From an uncultured cyanobacterium (lineage in GTDB: Bacteria > Cyanobacteriota > Cyanobacteriia > Pseudanabaenales > Pseudanabaenaceae), in contig OY969811.1 of assembly GCA_963703315.1 (NCBI GenBank), positions 1,600,001-1,664,000 of the forward strand: a stretch of DNA of 64,000 bases. The letters are read 5' to 3'. Shown here in pieces: positions 49,998-58,380 of this stretch; within the stretch, counting starts at the first letter, position 1, and the number at the start of each line of letters is the position of its first letter. Below the pieces are notes generated by a model. That model worked only from the letters and a program-made list of their open reading frames with translations, ran no database searches and was not told the origin of the DNA. A program made the position numbers and the translations under genes.

Positions 49998-50199
49998 ACA
50001 AGAATGGCGACTGCTATAATAACTGTCTTTAAAGTTGGAATCATCTCCTCTCTTTCATGCTTCAAGGGCTTGAGCTACAATTCCCTCCCAATTCTTCATA
50101 ATGCGAATTGCTGGAGACAAAACTGCATATTTGACATAAAGTTTAAAATAAGGTTATGAGAATCTTAATAACTATCTTTGCTAAGGCGAAATTAAACGT

Positions 50200-52473
50200 A
50201 TGACTCCGATGACATTATTAGCTGAAGCTCCAGTAGAACGTCTAGGTCAGTCGCTAGATTATGAACAAGCACGAAAATGTGATGTAGTAGTAGATGCGTG
50301 GATACCTGACTGGTTAAGAAGTAGTTGGGAAAAGTCACAGAGGGGAGAAAATTTAGATGACGAAGATGTAGTTTGTCGGGCTTTAGATTTTGCCTACCGA
50401 TTGCATGATGGGCAATGTCGAGCATCGGGGGAACCTTACATACTACATCCGATCGCGGTGGCGGCAATTTTGAAAGATTTAGGTGGCAGTAATGCGATGA
50501 TTGCCGCAGGATTTTTACACGATATTGTCGAAGATACGGAGGTGTCTTGCGATCAAATTGAAGAAATGTTTGGGAAAGAAGTGCGTCAACTGGTGGAAGG
50601 GGTCACCAAGTTATCGAAACTGAGTTTTGAGAGTAAAACTGAAAGCCAAGCCGAAAATTTTCGGCGGATGTTTCTGGCGATGGCACAGGACATTCGCGTG
50701 ATTATCGTCAAGCTTGCCGATCGCTTGCACAATATGCGAACGCTGCAACATTTACGACCAGAGAAACAAGTTCTAATTTCCAGAGAAACAAGAGAGATTT
50801 TTGCACCTTTAGCAAACCGTTTGGGTTTAGGGCAGATTAAATGGGAACTGGAAGATATTGCTTTTAAATATATTGAACCAGAGCAGTATCAAATGATGGA
50901 GTCTCTCGTAGCTGAGACCCATGAAAGTCGCCACGAACAATTGACGGAAGTGACGCGGGTGTTAGCCGATCGCCTAGAGTCGATGGGTATTGAAGACTTT
51001 GATATTAGCGGTCGTCCAAAGCATTTGTATGGCATTTATCGCAAGATGGAACGCCAGAAGAAACAGTATAACGAGATTTACGATATTCAAGCCGTTAGAG
51101 TCATCGTCAATAGTAAAGAAGAATGTTATCGAGTTCTGGCAGTTGTTCATGATCATTTCTGTCCGATCCCTGGACGCTTTAAAGATTACATCGGCTTACC
51201 GAAACCTAATCGCTATCAGTCCTTACATACGGCGGTAATTGGTCCCAAGGGTCAACCTGTGGAGGTGCAAATTCGCACATGGGAAATGCATCACATTGCC
51301 GATTATGGGATTGCGGCTCACTGGAAATATAAAGAGAGTAACTCCGTTAGTAAGCCACTGAAGGGGGATGATCAAAAGTTTACTTGGTTGCGTCAGTTGG
51401 TGGAATGGCAGCGTGAACTGAAAGATCCTCAAGAATATCTTGATAGCGTTAAAGAGGATTTATTTGATAGTGAAGTTTATGTATTTAGTCCTAAAGGAGA
51501 TGTGTACTGCTTACCACGCGGCGCAACCCCTGTAGACTTTGCCTATCGTGTGCATACTGAAGTTGGCAATCACTGCTCAGGAGCATTGGTCAATAATGTG
51601 ATGGTTCCTTTGCAGCGTCCCCTGAAACATGGTGATATTGTCACGATCCTGACTCAAAATAATGCTCATCCAAGTACTGACTGGATTAACTTTGTTGCTA
51701 CCAATTCGGCAAAAGCAAGGATTCGGCAATGGTTTAAGCGATCGCGCCGTGATGAGAATCTCGCCCTCGGTCGCAGCGCTCTAGAGCGTGAACTGGGTAA
51801 AAGTGGCTTAGAAGCATTGCTCAAGTCTGATCAGATGCTGAAGCTGGCGGAGAAATGTAATTACCATAATGTTGAGGATCTGATTGCAGGCATTGGTTAT
51901 GGCGAAACTTCGGTTAACGCCGTTGTCAATAAGCTGCGAGAACATCAGCATAGTGAGCGTTATTTCAATCCTCAGAAGTATGAAGCCCGCCATGAACCTA
52001 ATCACAACCATAATTCTAAATCACCAATTTTGGGTCTAGAGGGAATGGTTTACTCGATCGCAGGTTGTTGCGCTCCTCTTCCAGGAGAACCGATTACGGG
52101 AGTTGTCGCGTTAGGAAGTAATCGTGGCATCACCATCCATCGTAATGATTGCAGTAATTTAGCGAGTATTCCTAGCGATCGCCTGCTCCATGTGGCTTGG
52201 AATCAACACAAAGAAAACGATCATGTCCAAACCTATCCCATCGATATTCGGGTGGAAACCATTGATCGAGTTGGTGTTTTGCGAGATATCTTGACCCGTC
52301 TCTCCGACAACAAGGTAAATGTGCGCCGCGCTAATGTCCAGACCAAAAAAGGTAAAGCCGCCATTATTGATTTAAGTATAGATATCAGCGATCGCAACCA
52401 ATTTGAGCGCGTTTGTAATCAAATCAAGAAAATGTGTGACACCCTCTCTGTAAGTCGAGTTGTGGCGGAATAA
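50200..52473 (+). CDS. spoT: Bifunctional (p)ppGpp synthetase/hydrolase (long RSH)
   Basis: HD motif FLHDIVEDT, VKLADRLHNMRTL, RPKHLYGI, YQSLHT, EVQIRT, TGS and ACT domains. Confidence 0.96.
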   Translation: MTPMTLLAEAPVERLGQSLDYEQARKCDVVVDAWIPDWLRSSWEKSQRGENLDDEDVVCRALDFAYRLHDGQCRASGEPYILHPIAVAAILKDLGGSNAMIAAGFLHDIVEDTEVSCDQIEEMFGKEVRQLVEGVTKLSKLSFESKTESQAENFRRMFLAMAQDIRVIIVKLADRLHNMRTLQHLRPEKQVLISRETREIFAPLANRLGLGQIKWELEDIAFKYIEPEQYQMMESLVAETHESRHEQLTEVTRVLADRLESMGIEDFDISGRPKHLYGIYRKMERQKKQYNEIYDIQAVRVIVNSKEECYRVLAVVHDHFCPIPGRFKDYIGLPKPNRYQSLHTAVIGPKGQPVEVQIRTWEMHHIADYGIAAHWKYKESNSVSKPLKGDDQKFTWLRQLVEWQRELKDPQEYLDSVKEDLFDSEVYVFSPKGDVYCLPRGATPVDFAYRVHTEVGNHCSGALVNNVMVPLQRPLKHGDIVTILTQNNAHPSTDWINFVATNSAKARIRQWFKRSRRDENLALGRSALERELGKSGLEALLKSDQMLKLAEKCNYHNVEDLIAGIGYGETSVNAVVNKLREHQHSERYFNPQKYEARHEPNHNHNSKSPILGLEGMVYSIAGCCAPLPGEPITGVVALGSNRGITIHRNDCSNLASIPSDRLLHVAWNQHKENDHVQTYPIDIRVETIDRVGVLRDILTRLSDNKVNVRRANVQTKKGKAAIIDLSIDISDRNQFERVCNQIKKMCDTLSVSRVVAE

Positions 52474-52520
52474 GCATAAATTTTCGTTTTCTCAAACATT
52501 TCATGGAAGTAGCAAAAATC

Positions 52521-53117
52521 ATGAATTTTCAAACCCTCGACCTCAGTTCAGTGATCACCCTGACTCGCGAAGAGTTTGTGAAAATCTGTGCGGCAAATCC
52601 TGAAATGAAACTTGAACGTACAGCTAAAGGAGAATTGATCGTTATGTCCCCAACGGGTGGTGAAACTGGCAGTTTTAATTCTGAACTAAATTACGAACTA
52701 GTGTCATGGAATCGATCTTCACCAATGAGTAAAACCATCGGCAAAACCTTTGATTCTTCCACAGGCTTCAGTTTGCCCAAGGGTGGCGATCGCTCTCCTG
52801 ATGCTGCATGGATACCTTTAGCCAAATGGGAATCGCTCACTCCCGAGCAACGTCGCGGATTTTTGCCAATCTGTCCTGAATTTCTGATTGAGCTTTTATC
52901 ACCTAGTGATTCATGGAAACAGGGACAGGCAAAGATGGAGGAATATATGGATAATGGCTGTCTTTTAGGATGGTTAATCGATCCGAAAAACAAGCGTGTA
53001 GCTATCTATCGTCAAGGACAACCTGTGGAAATTTTAGAAAATCCCAAAACACTTTCAGGGGAAGAAGTACTACCAAATTTTGTTTTAGATGTCAGTAGTA
53101 TATTTAGCTGGGGCTAA
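52521..53117 (+). CDS. Uma2 family endonuclease
   Basis: ERTAKGELIVMSP, FDSSTGF.LP, RSPDAAW, PEFLIELLSPSD. Confidence 0.92.
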   Translation: MNFQTLDLSSVITLTREEFVKICAANPEMKLERTAKGELIVMSPTGGETGSFNSELNYELVSWNRSSPMSKTIGKTFDSSTGFSLPKGGDRSPDAAWIPLAKWESLTPEQRRGFLPICPEFLIELLSPSDSWKQGQAKMEEYMDNGCLLGWLIDPKNKRVAIYRQGQPVEILENPKTLSGEEVLPNFVLDVSSIFSWG

Positions 53118-53131
53118 GTAGATTGTTGCGG

Positions 53132-54316
53132 TTACGATCGCGTGAGACTGACTGTTTCTGGATCGTATTGAAATTGGTTAAGCGTTCCTTCTTTAATTTT
53201 TTCAACCACCGCTTCAATTATTTCTAGGGGAACAAGAAACCATTCCCTTGGTTGTACTGGTATGCCAAAGCGATCGGGTAGAGCTAATTCCAATCGAGCG
53301 CTGTCGAAAAACTTGTGCAGCAAAGCCTCAAGTTTTTTGGGATTAATATTTGCTAATTTGAAGGTGACGACAATTTCCACATCGGCGAGTAGGTAGGTGG
53401 GATCTTTTTTGGCGTTAGCAATTCGCTTTTTCACGTCGCCAGATGTCACGCCGATCTTGTGGATGACAGAACGATTTTCGATAATAAAGGGATGATCGCA
53501 TTGGCTTCTCAGCACATAAATGTAACCCGTTGGCAAGTCATCTGCGGCTTCAGTACTGAGAAAAAGTGGTCCCAGATCGGGAGTGGTGATGCGGCGACTG
53601 GTTTTGTCTTTATTTAGAGCGCGTTGCAGCGATCGCAATAATAAATCACTCTCAGTACCATTGTCATAAACAACTCGTAAGCGAGAGTTAGGCAGACCAT
53701 AATCACTGGTAAACCATTCTCCCATTTCGGCAACGATGACTTTCTGCCCATCAAGGATAAACAGATCGTTGAGGTTAATGGTGGCATTGTCTTGATATTT
53801 GATGGTTTGCCGATCGCCTGTTTTTAACTGGTGCTGCACTTGATCAAAGATTGGCTTGAACTGCTCGAAGTCTTGGCAGGGATTACGTTGGGCGATTTCT
53901 TCGGCGGCTTTAATTTCTTGGCGCGATCGCACATAGGTAAGACGGGTAATATCTTGGGCTGAATCGGTTTCAACTTTAAGAGCAGCAAGTAGCTCTTCAT
54001 CTGAGATCTTTTCAGCAGTTAGCTCGACATCTTTATCAGCATCCAATAGACCGTGAGAGTCTAGCGGTTTCAGGATGGCACGACATTCTTCCGATTCCCG
54101 CAGGCGATCAAGCCTCACGGCATAGATCCGCTCGAAGATATCGCAGTCTTCCCTGTGCTGGGGCAGTCTGCCCTGTTCTTCCACAAATCGCTCGATTTCC
54201 TCAAAGCCTGCGACAATGCGTTCCTCTGTAGCCGACCGACCATTATTTTGGGGAGACTGAGCAAAGCCGTCAAGTTCTGACCTTAGTTCATCGAGATCTA
54301 TATCACTATTACTCAT
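53132..54316 (-). CDS. YeeC-like GIY-YIG (T5orf172) nuclease
   Basis: GYIYVLRS...HKIGVT...RIANA..DPTYL...LEALLHKFF...PREWF. Start set at MSNSDID, overlapping the helicase stop. Confidence 0.88.
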   Translation of the reverse strand: MSNSDIDLDELRSELDGFAQSPQNNGRSATEERIVAGFEEIERFVEEQGRLPQHREDCDIFERIYAVRLDRLRESEECRAILKPLDSHGLLDADKDVELTAEKISDEELLAALKVETDSAQDITRLTYVRSRQEIKAAEEIAQRNPCQDFEQFKPIFDQVQHQLKTGDRQTIKYQDNATINLNDLFILDGQKVIVAEMGEWFTSDYGLPNSRLRVVYDNGTESDLLLRSLQRALNKDKTSRRITTPDLGPLFLSTEAADDLPTGYIYVLRSQCDHPFIIENRSVIHKIGVTSGDVKKRIANAKKDPTYLLADVEIVVTFKLANINPKKLEALLHKFFDSARLELALPDRFGIPVQPREWFLVPLEIIEAVVEKIKEGTLNQFQYDPETVSLTRS

Positions 54317-56447
54317 AACGTCCTTCATCCTTAAAGCGAACAAATGCGGCAGCACCTTCAGCCATACGCTTTTCCCAAGCATCGGGTGAATTAGCCGATG
54401 GTAGCCTTCCTCTTTCCTTTTTGAATTTGAAAGCTCGTACAGCAAGTTCTTTGGCTTCTTCGGGAGTCAGACTCGTGCGCTTGGCGGCAATTACTTCAGC
54501 GATCTGTTTGAGTCGTTCTTCGGTCATCGACTTGGCGAGGATGGCGTAGGCTTCGCCGAAGGGATTGATGCGATCGATTAAATCAATATCTAGTTCAGTG
54601 ACGGAGAAGGCGAACTGACGCACACCGTCAATCAAAGCTGTGTTTGGAGATGGCTCTTGATCTGGTTGATCTAATTGACGCTCTGATTGATCGAGAGAAT
54701 CGGTGGATTCAGGGAAAGCGATCGCACTGGGATTAAGCGTGTAGCCGTTACCTAACTCATTTAGGGATTTCTTGGCTTGTTGAATGACGTTTAGAGCGGC
54801 GATCGCGTGTTGACGCACTGCTTCTTGATCCTGTTCTTCGAGGATGGGAAACTTCTCTTTGACGATTTTGCCCATGCGGACTTGGGTTAATTCTTCGGGA
54901 ACCAACTCCTCATCGAATAGACCACGCTCGATTGCCTGTTTATCTTGGACAAAGGCTGTCACCAGTTCTGTTAAATCTTCGCGACAAATCCGTTTTGCTT
55001 CTTTACTTTTGGGTTCTGCTAGTCCCTTAATTTCTAATTGAATCTGACCCGTCTCTGGATTAATCCCCACATTACATTTATTGGGATCGTAGCCCTCTGC
55101 ACCATAGTCATAGCCTTCTGTCGGTTGATTGTCAGGGCGTTTGGGTTTGAACTCGAAGCGCGGCGCAAGAACTTGTTCCATTAATAGACTGGCGGCGATC
55201 GCTTTCAAGGTGTCATTTACGGCTTCGGTGACGGCTTCTTCACTGGCATCGGGTTCGGCGATGAGATTGGTGAAACGGGCGCGATATTTATTGGGTGCGT
55301 CACGAGTGGCGCGTCCGATGATCTGGATAATTTCGGTGAGGCTGGAGCGATAGCCAATGGTGAGAGCGTGTTCGCACCAAATCCAATCGAAGCCTTCCTT
55401 TGCCATGCCGAGGGCGATGATGATATCCACATGAGCGCGGTTATGTTTTTGGGTGGGATCTTTGAGCGCCGATGTCACTTTGTCCCGTTTAGCGGGATCA
55501 TCATCGACTAAATCCGCAATTTTTAAGATTGTCCCATCGGCAGTTTTGACTAGTTGAAAGCCTGTCTCTGGATCGGCTCCTTGCCATTCTCCTAATTCTT
55601 CAATAATATGTTCCACTTCGCGAATTTTGTCCTTAGTGCTTTCGCGAGAGTTGACATTGGGAATATGCAGAATCGTTTTCTCTTTGGGATTGAGAACCTG
55701 CATAATTTCATCGGCATAGCTACCCGCATAAAAGTAATAGCCTATGTCCAGTTGCTTGAGATATTGGTAGCCGTTGAGTTGTTCGTAATAGGTGTATTTA
55801 ACGGGTTCAAATTTGGCTTCGTCTTCGGGGTGCAGTACGGCGATCGCATCACCACGAAAGTAAGAGCCAGTCATGGCGACAATGTGGGTTTTGTCCCTTG
55901 CCATCAGTTGACCGACATATTCACCTAGTTTGTTATTGGGATTTGCGGAAACATGGTGAAATTCATCAATGGCGATCAAGCGCTGATCAAATGCCTCAAT
56001 GCCAAATTTATCAACGGCAAAGCGGAAGGTGGCATGGGTACAGATCAAAATCTTGACTGCACTATCGAGAAATTTCTGCACCGATTCGACTTTGCCGCCA
56101 TCGTTGCCAGCCGCATCGCAAAGGTTCCATTTGGGTTCTACTTGCCAATCTGCCCAAAAGCCATACTGAGTAAGTGTCTCGTTGTGAAAACTAGCACCAA
56201 TGGATTTTTCAGGAACGACGACGATCGCCTGTTTGAGTCCCTGATTTTCGAGTTTGTCGAGGGCGATAAACATCAGGGCGCGACTTTTGCCAGAGGCGGG
56301 GGGAGATTTGATTAATAAATATTGTTCGCCGCGTTTTTGGTAAGCGCGTTCTTGCATGGGGCGCATACCGAGGGCGTTGGGTTGGGTGGATGTGCCGTTG
56401 TGGGCGTAGGTGACGGAGACGGAGGGGATGGCTTTGGGTTTACTCAT
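54309..56447 (-). CDS. YeeB-like SF2 (DEAD/DEAH) helicase
   Basis: SPPASGKS, DEFHH, MTGSYFRGD, GMAKEGFDW, QIIGRATRD. Confidence 0.9.
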   Translation of the reverse strand: MSKPKAIPSVSVTYAHNGTSTQPNALGMRPMQERAYQKRGEQYLLIKSPPASGKSRALMFIALDKLENQGLKQAIVVVPEKSIGASFHNETLTQYGFWADWQVEPKWNLCDAAGNDGGKVESVQKFLDSAVKILICTHATFRFAVDKFGIEAFDQRLIAIDEFHHVSANPNNKLGEYVGQLMARDKTHIVAMTGSYFRGDAIAVLHPEDEAKFEPVKYTYYEQLNGYQYLKQLDIGYYFYAGSYADEIMQVLNPKEKTILHIPNVNSRESTKDKIREVEHIIEELGEWQGADPETGFQLVKTADGTILKIADLVDDDPAKRDKVTSALKDPTQKHNRAHVDIIIALGMAKEGFDWIWCEHALTIGYRSSLTEIIQIIGRATRDAPNKYRARFTNLIAEPDASEEAVTEAVNDTLKAIAASLLMEQVLAPRFEFKPKRPDNQPTEGYDYGAEGYDPNKCNVGINPETGQIQLEIKGLAEPKSKEAKRICREDLTELVTAFVQDKQAIERGLFDEELVPEELTQVRMGKIVKEKFPILEEQDQEAVRQHAIAALNVIQQAKKSLNELGNGYTLNPSAIAFPESTDSLDQSERQLDQPDQEPSPNTALIDGVRQFAFSVTELDIDLIDRINPFGEAYAILAKSMTEERLKQIAEVIAAKRTSLTPEEAKELAVRAFKFKKERGRLPSANSPDAWEKRMAEGAAAFVRFKDEGRYE

Positions 56448-56459
56448 GGATATTTTTGA

Positions 56460-56867
56460 CTAGATCTGGTTGAGGATTTCTGTTGGGGAGTAAACAGGGA
56501 GGCTGCTACCGATGAAGTCTTTACGATCGCGGATTACGATCGCATCAAGCTGGGCAATAGTAGCACAGGCAAGTTGAATACTGTCTTCAAAGTCTTTCAG
56601 TCCAAGAGTAAGAGCCGTTGTAACAGTTTGGTGATCGACGGCACAAAATTGGAGTCCTATCAAGAGTTGATTAATGGCGGCAATAGCAACTTCACGACCT
56701 TCAGTTTTACGAATGATGTAGAAAATATTGGTGATGGTGGTTGCCGCAATATACCCTGCCAAATTACCTCTTTCAATTTGTTCAAAGAGGGCAATCGCAC
56801 TTGTGGCAAATGGTTCTCTTTCTAGGAGTAGATCGAGAACAACGTTGGTATCGATGAGAATTTTCAT
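56460..56867 (-). CDS. PIN-domain toxin (PIN_3-like)
   Basis: ILIDTNVVLDLL, DFEDSIQ, IRDRKDF. Confidence 0.88.
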   Translation of the reverse strand: MKILIDTNVVLDLLLEREPFATSAIALFEQIERGNLAGYIAATTITNIFYIIRKTEGREVAIAAINQLLIGLQFCAVDHQTVTTALTLGLKDFEDSIQLACATIAQLDAIVIRDRKDFIGSSLPVYSPTEILNQI

Positions 56868-56875
56868 AGACAGGC

Positions 56876-57118
56876 TTACAGGTATTTTTGGGTGAGATAG
56901 TCTGTATATTCGGATTGCAGATCTTGATCGCTAGGTGTTGAGTCAGCACGTTTGGCAATACCAAGAAGTCCAGTGAGTGTACCAAGGGGAATCACTTGGG
57001 ATGGATTGTGCTGTTTTTGGTGGAGAGACTCAGCGAAGTAAAAAATTTGGTTGATTTGGTCTTCTGGAAGGGTTTGGATAAGTTGATAGAGCTTTTCAGT
57101 AGTTGTCATGATCTTCAT
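56876..57118 (-). CDS. Putative antitoxin (DUF2281-like N-terminus)
   Basis: Small gene directly upstream of the PIN gene; LYQLIQTLPEDQINQIFYFAESL, LTGLLGIAK, YLTQKY. Confidence 0.72.
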   Translation of the reverse strand: MKIMTTTEKLYQLIQTLPEDQINQIFYFAESLHQKQHNPSQVIPLGTLTGLLGIAKRADSTPSDQDLQSEYTDYLTQKYL

Positions 57119-57145
57119 GGGGTAGGGATGTTTTATATTGACTAA

Positions 57146-57988
57146 TTAATTATCCAAAATATCGGGATTTTTAATAGATTTTTTCTCGTCTGAGGCAAGC
57201 CGCCGCTCAACTTTTTTGACATCTTCAGCAGGGGGCAAAGATTCTGGACGAATCCCCCTTTCTAGTAATGTCTTGCGAACTGCTTGATTATTTGTGATGT
57301 GTTCGCTAGAAATTTCTGGCTCTGTCGTCATTTGGTTTTGCTGTGCATTAAAGATCGTAATTTCGGCAGCAAAATCTTTAGCTTTGAGGATAATTGTGGG
57401 TGCAAAGTCTGCAAGAGGTTTGCTATCAGGTACTTTCCACTGAGCTTTCATGGCTTGTGTCGATTTTCCAAATAGGGCGGTGTCTCCTTTACTGCGAATT
57501 GAGGCAAAATTGCGATCGCTACCTGTTTGTTCGTAAATGACTCTCGAAAGTTCTTTTTCGGTTTCTGAAAGTTTTTTTCTAGCAGAAACTCGCTCAACTT
57601 CTAGCAAGCGTTGCTCAATTAACTCGGCTTTTCTGGTTTGAACTGCAAAATATGTCTGAGCAAAGGCAATTTCTTGTTTGCGCGGATCGCCATTTTGGGC
57701 AATCAGGTAACAGGCATAGCGGGTAAGCATGATGTCATCGACCTCTCTTTGACTGCCAGAGCCAAGATCGACCATTTTCCCGACGTTAGCAAAATGGTCA
57801 GCCACGTCATGATCTGAAACTTCGCAAGCCGTTTTTGCTTTGGAAACAACATTTAAAAAGTTATCCCATTTTGTATAGCCTAAAAGATGTTGGAGGTCAC
57901 GGGCAAGCCAATATTCGATGCCATTTTCAGTCTGTTGAGCGTGGGCTTCAAAGTTGTCGGTTAGAGAGTTGATCGTGTCTTTTTGCAT
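57146..57988 (-). CDS. dinD: DNA-damage-inducible protein D (BRO-N domain)
   Basis: EYWLARDLQHLLGY.KWDNF, LTRYACYLIAQNGDPRK, AQTYFAVQTR, PESLPPAEDVKK. Confidence 0.9.
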   Translation of the reverse strand: MQKDTINSLTDNFEAHAQQTENGIEYWLARDLQHLLGYTKWDNFLNVVSKAKTACEVSDHDVADHFANVGKMVDLGSGSQREVDDIMLTRYACYLIAQNGDPRKQEIAFAQTYFAVQTRKAELIEQRLLEVERVSARKKLSETEKELSRVIYEQTGSDRNFASIRSKGDTALFGKSTQAMKAQWKVPDSKPLADFAPTIILKAKDFAAEITIFNAQQNQMTTEPEISSEHITNNQAVRKTLLERGIRPESLPPAEDVKKVERRLASDEKKSIKNPDILDN

Positions 57989-58136
57989 GGTCTTGTTTAA
58001 ATTGTGTTTTTATTTTAGGTTTAGTATATTTTTTGTAAATCTGGCTGTCTGGTGATTTTTCTAATCTTTCTGTGTCGCTGATAGCTTGCGATCGCGCTCA
58101 AGTACATCTCAAATAGTATAAACATAATTAATTTGG

Positions 58137-58205
58137 TAGGGGCAGAGCATTCCTGCAACTATTTATTTGGATCACTAGGTTTTATATACAGGAATGCTCT
58201 GCCCT
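58137..58205. repeat. GTAG-class REP-like inverted repeat
   Basis: GTAGGGGCAGAGCATTCCTG ... CAGGAATGCTCTGCCC. Confidence 0.7.
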
Positions 58206-58275
58206 GAATTTAGCGCGATCGCTGATTAATTCTCAACTGCGGAAAGGGTAATAATCCGCACGATCATCTACAAGA

Positions 58276-58374
58276 CCCTCACCCCTAGCCCCTCTCCCAA
58301 AAGGGGAGAGGGGAACAAGAAATTAGTCTTGCTCCCCCTCTCCCTTAATGGGAGAGGGGGCTGGGGGGTGAGGG
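58276..58374 (+). repeat. 99-bp double-hairpin repeat (CCCTCACCCC...GGGGTGAGGG), intergenic copy
   Basis: Same length and family as the three intragenic copies at 60416-61099, in opposite orientation. Confidence 0.88.
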
Positions 58375-58380
58375 CGATAT

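Noticed and set aside
54317..54445. N-terminal extension of the GIY-YIG ORF given in the track
   Set aside because: It overlaps the helicase gene by more than 130 nt; the ATG at 54316 coupled to the helicase stop is more plausible.
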